From the IMG/VR virus record IMGVR_UViG_3300032212_000013, positions 1 to 51,379 of that record: a stretch of 51,379 nucleotides of DNA; one strand, 5' to 3'. The notes beneath the pieces are model-generated. The model saw only the letters and a list, made by a program, of their open reading frames with translations, was not told where the DNA came from and made no database searches. Positions 25,862-35,717 of the stretch are shown here, in pieces; positions within the stretch are counted from its first letter, which is position 1, and the number at the start of each line of letters is the position of its first letter. Origin of the DNA: a virus (lineage: Duplodnaviria > Caudoviricetes). A program made the position numbers and the translations under genes.

Positions 25862-27062
25862 CTGGAACAAACTAACTCAGACCTTTATGTTGAAGGAGAG
25901 TTTGAAGGTTGCTGGCAACGTCATTCATGACATTACTATCCTAGGGGAGAAATCCCTTAACGGACCTGTCTATACTGAGAAGTATATGGAAGGTTCCATA
26001 CCTATGTATGAAGGTGCTGTGGTTAATGTTGACCACCGCAAAGGCAAAGAGAGTCGAGGTATAGCAGACCGTTTAGGTCTTATAGAGGGTGTGTATCACG
26101 ATAAGAAAGCTAAAAAGCTAAAGGCTAAGACCCTCACCATTAACCCCAAACACGCTTTAGCTGAGCAGGTTTTATGGGCGGCTGAGTTCCAGCCTACAAC
26201 CATGGGCATGAGCCACGACGTTCTAGCGTCGGGCAGTAGAAATGACGACGGAGATTTCCTAGCAGAGTCTTGTCACAAGGTTATCTGTGTAGACCTAGTA
26301 GCTGACCCTGCTACAACTAAGTCTCTGTTTGAGTCTATCCAGGAGGCTCGTAACGAGCAAGAGGGTGTCATTGGTGACACTATCCGTAACAGGAATGCTA
26401 GGAATAGACTCCATGAGTTAACTAGAGAAGGTATACGGGAACTAAGAAGTATTATGTTCCCCGAAGATTTCGTTCGCAGAAGCGAAGTTTTACAATTGAC
26501 ACCGCAGCAGGAAAGAGATAATCTACTTGCTGTAGTTGACGACCTGAGATTGGAGCTGGTTCAATTTCAGCCTACAAACCGCTCTCCACTAGGAGAAGCA
26601 ATAGGAGATTTAGAAATGAAGCTAGACGAACTGTCCTTGGCTTCTCTCAAAGAGAGCAACAAAGAAGTTTACGATAAAATTCTCGTTGAGGCGAAAGAGT
26701 CACTTGACACTAAGTCCAAAGAGGATCGTATTGTTAGCCTTGAAGCTCAATTGAAAGAAGCTAAAGAGAAGCTAGACACGATTGCTAAGACCGAGAAGGC
26801 CAAAGCTCTCTGTGCACAAAAGGGTCTCACTGAAGATCATGTGAACGATATCTTTATGGGTCAGCTTAAAGCCTGTAAAGACGAAGCTTCCATGGTTATT
26901 CTTATCGAAGACCGAGTTTCTCTTGCAGGTGGAAACCCTGTGAAGAGTGCTAGACGGGACGTTCCCGCCAACAACAGCAATAAGACTGTAGATAACGTCA
27001 AAGAGAGTAAGTCTGTAGCAGACCTCTCCACTGACGACTTCATTAGCCAACTCAGCATTTGA
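25839..27062 (+). CDS. Prohead protease-scaffold
   Basis: VNVDH, GMSH and VDLVADPATT protease motifs; coiled-coil C-terminus; start moved to 25839. Confidence 0.8.
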   Translation: MAKMKVDDWNKLTQTFMLKESLKVAGNVIHDITILGEKSLNGPVYTEKYMEGSIPMYEGAVVNVDHRKGKESRGIADRLGLIEGVYHDKKAKKLKAKTLTINPKHALAEQVLWAAEFQPTTMGMSHDVLASGSRNDDGDFLAESCHKVICVDLVADPATTKSLFESIQEARNEQEGVIGDTIRNRNARNRLHELTREGIRELRSIMFPEDFVRRSEVLQLTPQQERDNLLAVVDDLRLELVQFQPTNRSPLGEAIGDLEMKLDELSLASLKESNKEVYDKILVEAKESLDTKSKEDRIVSLEAQLKEAKEKLDTIAKTEKAKALCAQKGLTEDHVNDIFMGQLKACKDEASMVILIEDRVSLAGGNPVKSARRDVPANNSNKTVDNVKESKSVADLSTDDFISQLSI

Positions 27063-27080
27063 GCTTATTAGGAGTTAATA

Positions 27081-27605
27081 ATGAGTACACAAGGCCCACT
27101 TCAAACAGATGTTAATCGTTACCGCTATGGTGACGTTCAACCATTTGAGACCGCAGCCATTGACACTGCGGTACAGATCCTAAAGGGCGACCTAGTCTAT
27201 AGAGACTTAGCCGACGCCAATAAATACAAAAGCTCGCAGTCAATCACTGACATTGGTGGGGCTGGACCAGCCGACTTAGCTGCGGCCCAAACCCTCTTCC
27301 ACGATACCTTCGCTGGACCTGCGGAACAACGCTCACTAGTAGGTGAAGTTCTTCCTATTGTGTGTAGTGCTGCTGGCGTCTACGAGTATGAGTGTGAAGC
27401 TGCTCAGTTCGCTATGGGCGACCTAGTAGGTATTGCGCTTGACCCTGCTGACCCTACAGCTATTGATCGTCAACGAGTTGTGGCGGTAGCTACGCCAGAC
27501 TTGGCTATCGGGCGTGTCGTCAAAGACTATACAGAGGATACACTCACTGTGTATGTTCAAATCGTTTCTACCCTTTATAAAGGTGGTCCTCAAGCAGCTG
27601 CTTGA
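27081..27605 (+). CDS. Head decoration or capsid cement protein
   Basis: Lies between scaffold and capsid; GDLV and AIGRV motifs. Confidence 0.7.
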   Translation: MSTQGPLQTDVNRYRYGDVQPFETAAIDTAVQILKGDLVYRDLADANKYKSSQSITDIGGAGPADLAAAQTLFHDTFAGPAEQRSLVGEVLPIVCSAAGVYEYECEAAQFAMGDLVGIALDPADPTAIDRQRVVAVATPDLAIGRVVKDYTEDTLTVYVQIVSTLYKGGPQAAA

Positions 27606-27620
27606 ACCTAGGAGGCTTAA

Positions 27621-28835
27621 ATGGGAATTGGAATTAAGAGACTCGTTGAAGCGGAATGCCAAGGTAGAGACCGTGCTACAGGTATCCGTAACGTCGAGCG
27701 TAAGCTTAAAGAGGCTATTAAGTCTGGTAAGCTGGACTATAAGAGGGTTCGCCTTAAAGAAATGGCCGTTGCTTTCTGCGGAGAGCAGTGGTATAACTCT
27801 CTCCAACCCACACCCAATGGTGGTGTGCAGTCCTTTCAGGAAGCCGGTAGCCATGCGGCTATTGGTGTTACTGCTTTCAGCAATATCACAGGCCAGATTG
27901 TCTACAGTGCTGTCCATAAAGGGTATGAGCAGGAAGGTTTCATAGGAACTGACCTTGTTACTACTCGTGACACAGACTTGTCTGGTGAGCGTATCCCAGG
28001 GCACCAAGAGCTTTCTGACGATGTTCTTGAAGTCAAAGAGGGAATGCCTTTCCCTGCTACTGGCTACGGAGAAAGCTACCAAGACTTGCCAGAGACTAAG
28101 AAGTATGGAGCAATCATTCGTGTGACTAAGGAGCTTATCTTCTTTGATCGCACAGGTGACGTTCTCCGTCCTGCTACCAAGCTTGGTAAGCGCCTTGGAA
28201 CTCGTAAAGAGAAAGAGATCCTCGATGTTATCATTGGGGCTATCAATAACTATAACTGGAGAGGTCTCACACCTAACAGTTATCTTACTGCACCTTTGAC
28301 TCCAGGCCTCTGGGTTAATAACCTTGGCGGTAACGAGCTGGTTGATTGGAAGAACATTGACACTGTCAAGCAGTTGTTCCAAGATATCCGTGACCCTGAC
28401 ACCCAAGAGCCTATCTTGCTTGGTGGTATGGACATTCTTGTTCCTCCTGCTAAGGAGTGGACGACTCGCAATATCCTCAATGCTACACACATTGAAGAGT
28501 CCAAAACCACTGGCGCAGCTGCACCATTCGACGAGCAGCGTCGTCGGAGCGCTAACCCGCTTCCACCTATGACCTTGCATAGCTCACAGTTGCTACAAGA
28601 CCGATTGCGTATTGGTCTCGGTATTACCGCAGCACAGGCTAACAAGTATTGGTTTGTTGGTAACTTCAAGGAAGCCTTCAGCTACATGCAGAATTGGCCT
28701 ATCAGCGTCATGCAAGCTGGTCTTGATCACCCTGACCACTTCAACAACGATATCGTCGCTCAGTGGCGTGTGTCGGAGCGTGGTCGTGCTGTTGTGTGGG
28801 ATCCTCGCTTCGTTATTCGTAGCTTCGATACCTAA
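27621..28835 (+). CDS. Major capsid protein (HK97 fold, Mu gpT-like)
   Basis: EVKEGMPFP and KYGAIIRVTKELIFFDRTG; position; downstream terminator. Confidence 0.9.
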   Translation: MGIGIKRLVEAECQGRDRATGIRNVERKLKEAIKSGKLDYKRVRLKEMAVAFCGEQWYNSLQPTPNGGVQSFQEAGSHAAIGVTAFSNITGQIVYSAVHKGYEQEGFIGTDLVTTRDTDLSGERIPGHQELSDDVLEVKEGMPFPATGYGESYQDLPETKKYGAIIRVTKELIFFDRTGDVLRPATKLGKRLGTRKEKEILDVIIGAINNYNWRGLTPNSYLTAPLTPGLWVNNLGGNELVDWKNIDTVKQLFQDIRDPDTQEPILLGGMDILVPPAKEWTTRNILNATHIEESKTTGAAAPFDEQRRRSANPLPPMTLHSSQLLQDRLRIGLGITAAQANKYWFVGNFKEAFSYMQNWPISVMQAGLDHPDHFNNDIVAQWRVSERGRAVVWDPRFVIRSFDT

Positions 28836-28840
28836 GACTT

Positions 28841-28885
28841 AAAAGGGCTAGCTGGAATGTTATCTTGCTGGCTAGCCCTTTTCTT
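28841..28885 (+). terminator. Rho-independent terminator after the capsid gene
   Basis: AAAAGGGCTAGC/GCTAGCCCTTTT plus T-rich tail. Confidence 0.7.
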
Positions 28886-28909
28886 CTCTACTATATGAAA
28901 GGTTCTCCA

Positions 28910-29179
28910 ATGCCAGAAAATAAATATTACAAGTGTCTACTGAAAGGTTTGAACTCTCTAGGGCCTGTATACCTAGAAGCTCTCTCAGTAGGAGACGCCG
29001 AATACAAATTCAAAAAGCAGATAGAGACTGGTTACTCTAATGCTTACACCTTCAAAGCCATCGTTGTTAGTAAAGACGAGTTCGACCGTAAAGGTGAACC
29101 AGAGCCAGAGCCAGAAGAAGAGTATGAGCCAGAGCTTGACGATGAAGACCTCGATGAAGAAGACGAAGACGAGGATTGA
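28910..29179 (+). CDS. Hypothetical protein with an acidic tail
   Basis: Start moved to MPENK; poly-Asp/Glu C-terminus. Confidence 0.65.
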   Translation: MPENKYYKCLLKGLNSLGPVYLEALSVGDAEYKFKKQIETGYSNAYTFKAIVVSKDEFDRKGEPEPEPEEEYEPELDDEDLDEEDEDED

Positions 29180-29182
29180 CCT

Positions 29183-29404
29183 ATGGCTGAGATTGACGTA
29201 GACAAGTTGATTGATAGTTACAATCAGATTACTGACTTGATACTAAAGATCACTCTTAACCCTAAGCCCGACTACAACATTGACGGGCAAATGGTTAAGT
29301 GGGGAGACTACCTACGTCAACTCACAGCTGGGCAGAAGGCTCTCAAAGCTCAGATCGACGCCAATGTTGACCCTTGGGAGATTGATAACGAGGTCATATG
29401 TTAG
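29183..29404 (+). CDS. Head-tail joining protein (gpW-like)
   Basis: PKPDYNIDGQMVKW motif; position after the capsid gene. Confidence 0.65.
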   Translation: MAEIDVDKLIDSYNQITDLILKITLNPKPDYNIDGQMVKWGDYLRQLTAGQKALKAQIDANVDPWEIDNEVIC

Positions 29405-29781
29405 ACGTCACCGACGACCACCTAATAATGGACGGTCTTGAGGACGTCTGGCTATGCTCCTCTGTGCAGGTTAGACTACCAGACGGTAAAATGAAGACAC
29501 AAGTTAAAGACCGTATCCTGGTTAAGAATGCACTACAAAGAAGGATAGACGAGAGAGATACGCTACAGGACAGAATTCGTCAATCAGTTGGTAAGTTAAG
29601 AGTTGACGATGTTATCTGGGAGCTGTGGCACGAAGAGTTAATGAAGCCTGACGGCAGTGTGTTTCAGCCTTCAAGGCCAATGATTATTGTTCCTGTGAAA
29701 CGTAGTAGCGAGCAGTGGGAAATACTGGCTGTTGACAATGCTACTATAAAGAACAGGTTTAGAGTGTTCGCTAGGAAGTAA
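29398..29781 (+). CDS. Head closure protein
   Basis: Position and size; WEILAVD...RFRVFARK C-terminus. Confidence 0.55.
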   Translation: MLDVTDDHLIMDGLEDVWLCSSVQVRLPDGKMKTQVKDRILVKNALQRRIDERDTLQDRIRQSVGKLRVDDVIWELWHEELMKPDGSVFQPSRPMIIVPVKRSSEQWEILAVDNATIKNRFRVFARK

Positions 29782-29785
29782 TACA

Positions 29786-30211
29786 ATGTCTAGAAAGGTT
29801 TTCTTGTTTAGGTCTGGGTCTAAGAGTAAGTTTAGAGAGTTAACCGCTAGCCTTAAGGCGTCTCTAGATGAAATTAACGATAAGATTAAAACAGAAATAC
29901 CACAAGCTATTAAGCTAGACTTTGAAACTGACGTAGTAGATACTTTCATAGATATCAAAGAAGGAACCCCAGTTAAAACTGGTAAGGCCCAGAAGGGGTG
30001 GAACTTAAACAGGACGGAGATTAAGAACGAGTCTCTTTCCTTTATCATTAGTAACTCGGTCCAATATATTGGCCTACTTGAGTTTGGGAGGCCAGACGGA
30101 ACTCCCCACTCAATGCAAGCTCCTCAAGGTATGTTCAGGATTAACCTGCTCATCTTTGAAGAGAAGCTTAAGAGGTTGAAGAGGAAAGTGATAGCTAATG
30201 CGAGTATTTGA
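29786..30211 (+). CDS. HK97 gp10-like neck protein
   Basis: TPVKTG, NSVQYIGLLEFG and SMQAPQGM motifs. Confidence 0.8.
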   Translation: MSRKVFLFRSGSKSKFRELTASLKASLDEINDKIKTEIPQAIKLDFETDVVDTFIDIKEGTPVKTGKAQKGWNLNRTEIKNESLSFIISNSVQYIGLLEFGRPDGTPHSMQAPQGMFRINLLIFEEKLKRLKRKVIANASI

Positions 30212-30680
30212 ATTAGTAAGACTAGCTGGGTTGTCGCTTTACAACAAGTTAGATAGTGAGATAAACGATGTAAAAACACAATTCCCTGGAATAGGCGGGG
30301 ATGCTGCTACGGACGAGGATTTAGAATGGCTCTCAGCGTATCTTTTATCAGCGTTACCTCAGAAAGTAAGAGGTAAATCTACTCAGTATATAGGGTTGTT
30401 GCAAGTAACTTGCTCAGCCCAATCAGTAGACCGAGGAGCAGACATTGCCCATGACCAACCTTACATACTAGCCGCCAGAGTTCAAGAAGTCTTAGACGGA
30501 AACATTTGTATAAAGAAACCCTGTGGAGAAAAAGTAGGCTGCATGACTCTTACGTTAGATCCAAAGTATGCATACCTAGCACCGCAGAATATAGTTAAAC
30601 CAAACCTGGGAGTTAACTTCCAACCAACACACAGTCACTCAGTAATGCTTACCTTTAAGTTTGCAATATCTAGTTTTTAG
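30198..30680 (+). CDS. Tail terminator or completion protein
   Basis: Position before the tail tube gene and size. Confidence 0.55.
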   Translation: MRVFELVRLAGLSLYNKLDSEINDVKTQFPGIGGDAATDEDLEWLSAYLLSALPQKVRGKSTQYIGLLQVTCSAQSVDRGADIAHDQPYILAARVQEVLDGNICIKKPCGEKVGCMTLTLDPKYAYLAPQNIVKPNLGVNFQPTHSHSVMLTFKFAISSF

Positions 30681-30689
30681 GAGATTACC

Positions 30690-31196
30690 ATGGTTCAAGC
30701 AGTCAGAAACTACCGAGACGGTACTATCACCTTAGAGGATGGTAACGCAAGACAACTAGTAATTCCTGTGGACGTAGGGGAGCTTACGTTCGAGGAAAAG
30801 GAAGAAGCCGCGTCTGTTGACAGTCGTGGAACTCCTAACCAGTTTGTTAGAGGTAAGAGCGAGAGTATCCCTGTGTCCTTCAAGGCACACTTTACGGAGT
30901 ACTTCTCTAAGGATAGAACTGGTGTGGGCGTCGATGACGTATCTATCAGAGATTTCCTTAAGGGAGACTACGATGGTTCCAACAGTATCTCAGACTGTGG
31001 ACCTTACTCCCTCAAACTTATCTTCTCTATCAGCAGCCCCTGTAAAGCGGGTGTTGGTGACAAAGATGAAGTCATTACTTTCCCAACCTTCCACGCCGAT
31101 ACAATTGCTTTCAGCGAAGGTGAAGAAATGAACGAGCTTTCTATCACAGGTAAGTGCCTTGAGCCCGTGCCTACATTCGCAAGAACAACAGTCTGA
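30690..31196 (+). CDS. Major tail (tube) protein
   Basis: Position, size and strong AGGAG RBS. Confidence 0.7.
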   Translation: MVQAVRNYRDGTITLEDGNARQLVIPVDVGELTFEEKEEAASVDSRGTPNQFVRGKSESIPVSFKAHFTEYFSKDRTGVGVDDVSIRDFLKGDYDGSNSISDCGPYSLKLIFSISSPCKAGVGDKDEVITFPTFHADTIAFSEGEEMNELSITGKCLEPVPTFARTTV

Positions 31197-31217
31197 TCCA
31201 CCTCCAGACGGTCAAAA

Positions 31218-31274
31218 GCTAACCTTGTGATACTCAGCCATAGGCCCCACTACCTATAAGTACACAAGGTTAGC
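31218..31274 (+). promoter_or_regulatory. Intergenic hairpin after the tail tube gene
   Basis: 12 bp stem GCTAACCTTGTG/CACAAGGTTAGC. Confidence 0.5.
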
Positions 31275-31310
31275 CCATTGGCTGTCTTAACTAATAGAAA
31301 AGGTTCTCCC

Positions 31311-31898
31311 ATGAAATTTGCACACTACCAGGACCAGAGCTTCGCCTCTGGGACAGCTATTCTCCCACGAGGGGATAAGAAGCCTCCACTGAGGCTTACG
31401 GTCACAGCACTATCGCCTCTCTTTGAGTTTAACATTGAGAAGTATATCCCTGTGCCTCCACCTCCAGCTGACTACGCTAAGAAGCCTGGGACAAACAAAC
31501 TTATCAAAGACGGGTCAGGAAACCCTGTTCTTATCAAGCGCAGAGATGATCCTGATTACCAACGACAACTCACTGAGCGTATCCTCTACATTAGCTCTTG
31601 GACTACTTACCAAGCCCTGAGAAACGACTCTAATGTCGAGTGGACCAACAAGAAACCAGAGAACATGACCCAAGAGTCTGTTAAGGACTGGTTGGACAAG
31701 TTGCTACACGAGATTGTTGGTGCTGGTCTAACTATGGGTGACATGAGGATCATTATTGAGAAAGCCTCTGCTTTAGGTAACAATGTAGACGAGCTTGTTA
31801 AAGAACAGGCCGAGTCTTTTTTGTTCGAGGAGCAGGAGTTGGGGCAGGTCCAGCATGGGAACCAGAGCCTAACTCCGGGCGAACTATCCAATACATGA
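31311..31898 (+). CDS. Tail assembly chaperone G; -1 frameshift product GT extends to 32053
   Basis: Between tail tube and tape measure; slippery T TTT TTG at 31817-31823; -1 frame open to TAA at 32051-32053. Confidence 0.75.
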   Translation: MKFAHYQDQSFASGTAILPRGDKKPPLRLTVTALSPLFEFNIEKYIPVPPPPADYAKKPGTNKLIKDGSGNPVLIKRRDDPDYQRQLTERILYISSWTTYQALRNDSNVEWTNKKPENMTQESVKDWLDKLLHEIVGAGLTMGDMRIIIEKASALGNNVDELVKEQAESFLFEEQELGQVQHGNQSLTPGELSNT

Positions 31899-32039
31899 TT
31901 TACAAGGCTTGTGCGAGAGTAGACCCTAGGTCTGTGTTCGGCAAGCCCTTCTGTGACCTATCCCTTAAGCAACAATTCAGTCTATTAGGGTTCGAGTATC
32001 TGTGCGAGTCCGAAGAGGCTAAACTACTAGAGGCCCAGT

Positions 32040-35000
32040 ATGGCAATAGATAAGCAACTTATCGTCAAGCTAGGCCTTGAAGTAAAGGATTGGCTTAAGA
32101 GCGCTAGCCAGCTAGACAGCTCCACGAAGAACTTTAATAATCAACTCAATAAGCTCCTCGCTACTTCTAAGAATACCTTCTTAGTAGCCGAGGCTCTTAT
32201 TGATAGTACTAATAAAAAGTACAAAGCCTTAGAAGCCCAAGTATCTAAGTTAAACGTCGCTGCTGAGAGAAACAATGACACTATAAAGAAACAAGCCGCT
32301 TCTATTGCTAGACTAAAAGCAGCTCTAGATAAGGCTGGCAAAGCTAAAGCCAAACAGATAGAACAACTCAACCAGCTAAAGCAAGCTAAGCAAGAGCAGA
32401 AGGCCCAAGAGAAAGAGGAAATCGCTCGTAAGAAGCAGATAGCACAAGCTCTTAAGCAGGTCGGCAGTGAGATTAAGCGCGGTCTCCAAGAGTCAAAAAA
32501 GGCCCTAGCTGAGCAAGAGTCTTCTGAGGCTGCTCTTTTCAAAGCCAAACTTAACAGAATAAAGCTCAACTCTAACTTAATAAAGACTAGGAACGCACTA
32601 GAGCTTAGACTAACCAAGGAGAAGGAAGCTTTTATAACCTCCTCGGAAAACAGTATAGCTAACCTTGTAAAAGGTTACTTAACTGAGCGTAGTAGGTTGG
32701 CTAAACAAGTCGCAGCAGACACTATTAAAGCCGAGAATCAAATGGCTGCTGTAGTCCGTAAGCACTTGTCTGAGCGTAAGAAGCTAACCAAGCAGATAGC
32801 CGCCGATACCATAAAAGCCGAGAACGAAATGGGCGCGGTTGTCAGGAAGCATATCATTGATAGAGACAATGGTATACGCAAGACAGCAATAGCTAACCGT
32901 AAGGCCGAACGCGAGATTGCGGCTTTAGTCAAAGGTCACCTCAAGGAAAAGGAACTAGCAGCAAAGGCTTATGAGTCTAGGCTAAGAGTATTCTTCAAGC
33001 AAAGAAAGAGGGCAGCTCAGGAAGCTCTCAGAGCAGAAGCTAGGGAGGCCAGGAAAACCGAAATAGCCTTAAGAAAGCTTGAGGCACAGAACAAAAAGTC
33101 TAGGCAGCAATGGGCCAGATTCACAAGTAATGTGGCTGGTGGGTTGGGTAACCTAGCTTCCAAGCTTAGGCAGTTTGAGATTATCTTCGACGCTGTTTTT
33201 AACGGTAAGTTGAGAGAGGCTATAGATAACTTCGCAGAGTTTGACGCTGCTGTGAGAGCTTCTATGGGTTTGCTGCCTCCTGCTCAGCAAGACATAAAAG
33301 GCTTCTCCAAGCAGTTCGATGAGCTTGGAGAGAAGTTCGGCATTCTTCCTATAGAGCAAGCCAAGGCTTTCTACAAGGCTATCTCCAACAGGTTGTCTCC
33401 AGACGCCGCTATCGCTATGTTGCCTTTAGCCAACAAGGTCGCTATAGCCACGCAGTCTGACTTAGCTGATACTGTGAAGGCCGGAACCGACGTTATGAAC
33501 GGGTTCGGTGAGGAGCTTTCGTCTCTACCTAAAATCTACAACTCCATGGCGAACGCTGTTAGAACAGGGCAGATTACTCTTACTGACTTTAACACTAAGC
33601 TGGGTGACGTTATCCCTGTGGCTAGGGCTTCCGGTATAAGCCTAGACGAAGTCTTGTCCCTATTCTCTGAGCTAACTATTGGTGGTCTAGCCCCCGCTAA
33701 AGCTCTCACACAGATGAAGAGGCTGTTTGTTAGTATCACTGCTCCAACTAAGGAAGCAGCCGGTGCCTTCGCCCAGTTCGGTATAGATACCAGCAAGGCC
33801 AGAATACAAGCCGACGGGTTCGGGGCTGTCCTTGACGAGATACTACAAGCTACTGCTGGAGACCCAGACAGGCTAAGAGAGTTCTTGCCTAACATTAGAG
33901 CCTTGCTCCCTGCCTTGCAGGTTATGCAGGACAATCTTAAGGGTCTAAATAAGACGACTTTGGAACAAGCCAAAAACGTAGACGCACTTGGCATAGCCTA
34001 TAAGGTGAACTCTGAAGGAGCAGACAGGGACATTAAGAAGCTTCAAGCTAGTGTTAACGTAGCTACTAAACAAATAGGTTTAGACTTTATAACTATGGCT
34101 AGAAGTTATACGGAGGCTGGTAACGGCATTAACGACCTACAAACTTCTGTGAAGAAATTCATTAGCTTGTCGGGTATCGTAGGCCAAACTTTCGTTGCAG
34201 CTTTCTTCACTCTTGGTCGTGTGGGTAGGACAATAGCTCTCAGCATCAAGAACACTGGGCTAGTCGTTTTTGGTGCCATTGAACTGTTAGGCTTGGGTGT
34301 AAAGGACTTGTTTAAGAGTATTTTAGGCACTATAGGAGATATGCTATTCACCCTAACCTCTGGCATATTCAAAGGGTTGGGCAAGATAGTCTCCGTGTTG
34401 AAGGATGTAGACGATGCTATAGGCGGGTTCTTCACTGACGAACTTACAAAAGCAGAGGAGTCGTTGAACGGATTGTCCCAAACTTTTAAGAGCATAGCTA
34501 TCGAAGCCGGTAGTATCGGAGACTTTGGGGATACTAAGAAAGCCTTCAACGACTTATTTAAGACCTTTGATAATGGCACTGAGGACATGTCCGACAGCCT
34601 AAAAGAGTTCCCACTCTTGTGGGACGCAGTACACCAATCTATGATTCGTCATAATGTGGAGTTTAGGAAGAAAGTTGTTTTAGGTCAGAGAGACCTGGAG
34701 ATAGGCGAGGAGACAGCAGCGTTAAACAAGCGTAACGCTGAAGATGAAAAAGACAATATCCGTAGGAAGCTGGAAGCGGCTGAGAAGCTAGCCCAAGCTA
34801 AAGCTTTAGCTGCGAAAGAAGCTAAGGAACAAGCTAAGATAGACAAACAAATAGCCAAAGATGAGGCTAAAGCGCAGAAAGCTAGGGAGAAATCGTTAAA
34901 GAAACAATCCGACCTTCTTAAGAAGTTGGCCGGGGAGAAGGCTGCTGCTCGCTCTACCGCTAAGAATGTTGGTGGTTTGACAGTAGACGCCAAAGAGTTA

Positions 35001-35717
35001 GCAGGTATAGACCCTGCGGAACTAGCTAAGCAGTTTGGGTCATTCCAAAGAACCAACAAGATCTTTATTAATGAGAACATTGTAGCTGTTAGGAGGCTTA
35101 TAGGCGGGTCAATGAAGGTTGTCTTGGAGGAATCACAGGCTGCTTTCCTGAGGCGCAAGAATGAATTCAGGGACACGACCATTGAGGCAACGGACGGTAT
35201 CGTTCAAGGCCTTCAGAAGCTTGCAGATCAAATCTCCCCCGTTGTCGCGCAGTTGACCTTTGATTCTGATAAACTCGGTAGGGACGCTATAAGGAGGTCT
35301 GACGACGCCCTTAGATCCTCGCCCTTCTTCAACCAAGCAGCGGGGGGCTTAGGTGCACGGGCACAGGCTAACTTCGCTTTTAGAACTGGCTCTTTCTCTG
35401 GGTTCAACTCAGGTGGTTCCGTGGGCATTAAGAGGTTTGCTAATGGTGGACCCTCTACTCCTCTACCTAATGTTGATAGTGTGCCAGCTCTGCTCACTCC
35501 AGGGGAGTTTGTTATTAACAAGGAGTCAGCGGCAGCTTTCCTACCAGCTTTGCAAAGAATCAATAGAACATCCGGTGGTAATGTGTCTAACACTAATAAC
35601 ACCAGCACACAGAATAACACCTTCAACTTCTCAGGCAGCGGTGGTATTACTCCCGATCAAGTTAGAAGAGAGATCATACCTGTGATTAGAGCACAGGAAA
35701 GAATGGGACGTAAGTAA
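32040..35717 (+). CDS. Tail tape measure protein
   Basis: 1225 aa, helical, TP901-like core; FANGG...DSVPALLTPGEFVINK C-terminal motif. Confidence 0.92.
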   Translation: MAIDKQLIVKLGLEVKDWLKSASQLDSSTKNFNNQLNKLLATSKNTFLVAEALIDSTNKKYKALEAQVSKLNVAAERNNDTIKKQAASIARLKAALDKAGKAKAKQIEQLNQLKQAKQEQKAQEKEEIARKKQIAQALKQVGSEIKRGLQESKKALAEQESSEAALFKAKLNRIKLNSNLIKTRNALELRLTKEKEAFITSSENSIANLVKGYLTERSRLAKQVAADTIKAENQMAAVVRKHLSERKKLTKQIAADTIKAENEMGAVVRKHIIDRDNGIRKTAIANRKAEREIAALVKGHLKEKELAAKAYESRLRVFFKQRKRAAQEALRAEAREARKTEIALRKLEAQNKKSRQQWARFTSNVAGGLGNLASKLRQFEIIFDAVFNGKLREAIDNFAEFDAAVRASMGLLPPAQQDIKGFSKQFDELGEKFGILPIEQAKAFYKAISNRLSPDAAIAMLPLANKVAIATQSDLADTVKAGTDVMNGFGEELSSLPKIYNSMANAVRTGQITLTDFNTKLGDVIPVARASGISLDEVLSLFSELTIGGLAPAKALTQMKRLFVSITAPTKEAAGAFAQFGIDTSKARIQADGFGAVLDEILQATAGDPDRLREFLPNIRALLPALQVMQDNLKGLNKTTLEQAKNVDALGIAYKVNSEGADRDIKKLQASVNVATKQIGLDFITMARSYTEAGNGINDLQTSVKKFISLSGIVGQTFVAAFFTLGRVGRTIALSIKNTGLVVFGAIELLGLGVKDLFKSILGTIGDMLFTLTSGIFKGLGKIVSVLKDVDDAIGGFFTDELTKAEESLNGLSQTFKSIAIEAGSIGDFGDTKKAFNDLFKTFDNGTEDMSDSLKEFPLLWDAVHQSMIRHNVEFRKKVVLGQRDLEIGEETAALNKRNAEDEKDNIRRKLEAAEKLAQAKALAAKEAKEQAKIDKQIAKDEAKAQKAREKSLKKQSDLLKKLAGEKAAARSTAKNVGGLTVDAKELAGIDPAELAKQFGSFQRTNKIFINENIVAVRRLIGGSMKVVLEESQAAFLRRKNEFRDTTIEATDGIVQGLQKLADQISPVVAQLTFDSDKLGRDAIRRSDDALRSSPFFNQAAGGLGARAQANFAFRTGSFSGFNSGGSVGIKRFANGGPSTPLPNVDSVPALLTPGEFVINKESAAAFLPALQRINRTSGGNVSNTNNTSTQNNTFNFSGSGGITPDQVRREIIPVIRAQERMGRK

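Noticed and set aside
27423-28580. 385 aa antisense ORF opposite the capsid gene, and similar antisense ORFs in the tape measure, fibre and polymerase genes
   Set aside because: Shadow frames of codon-biased genes with no RBS or recognisable motifs.
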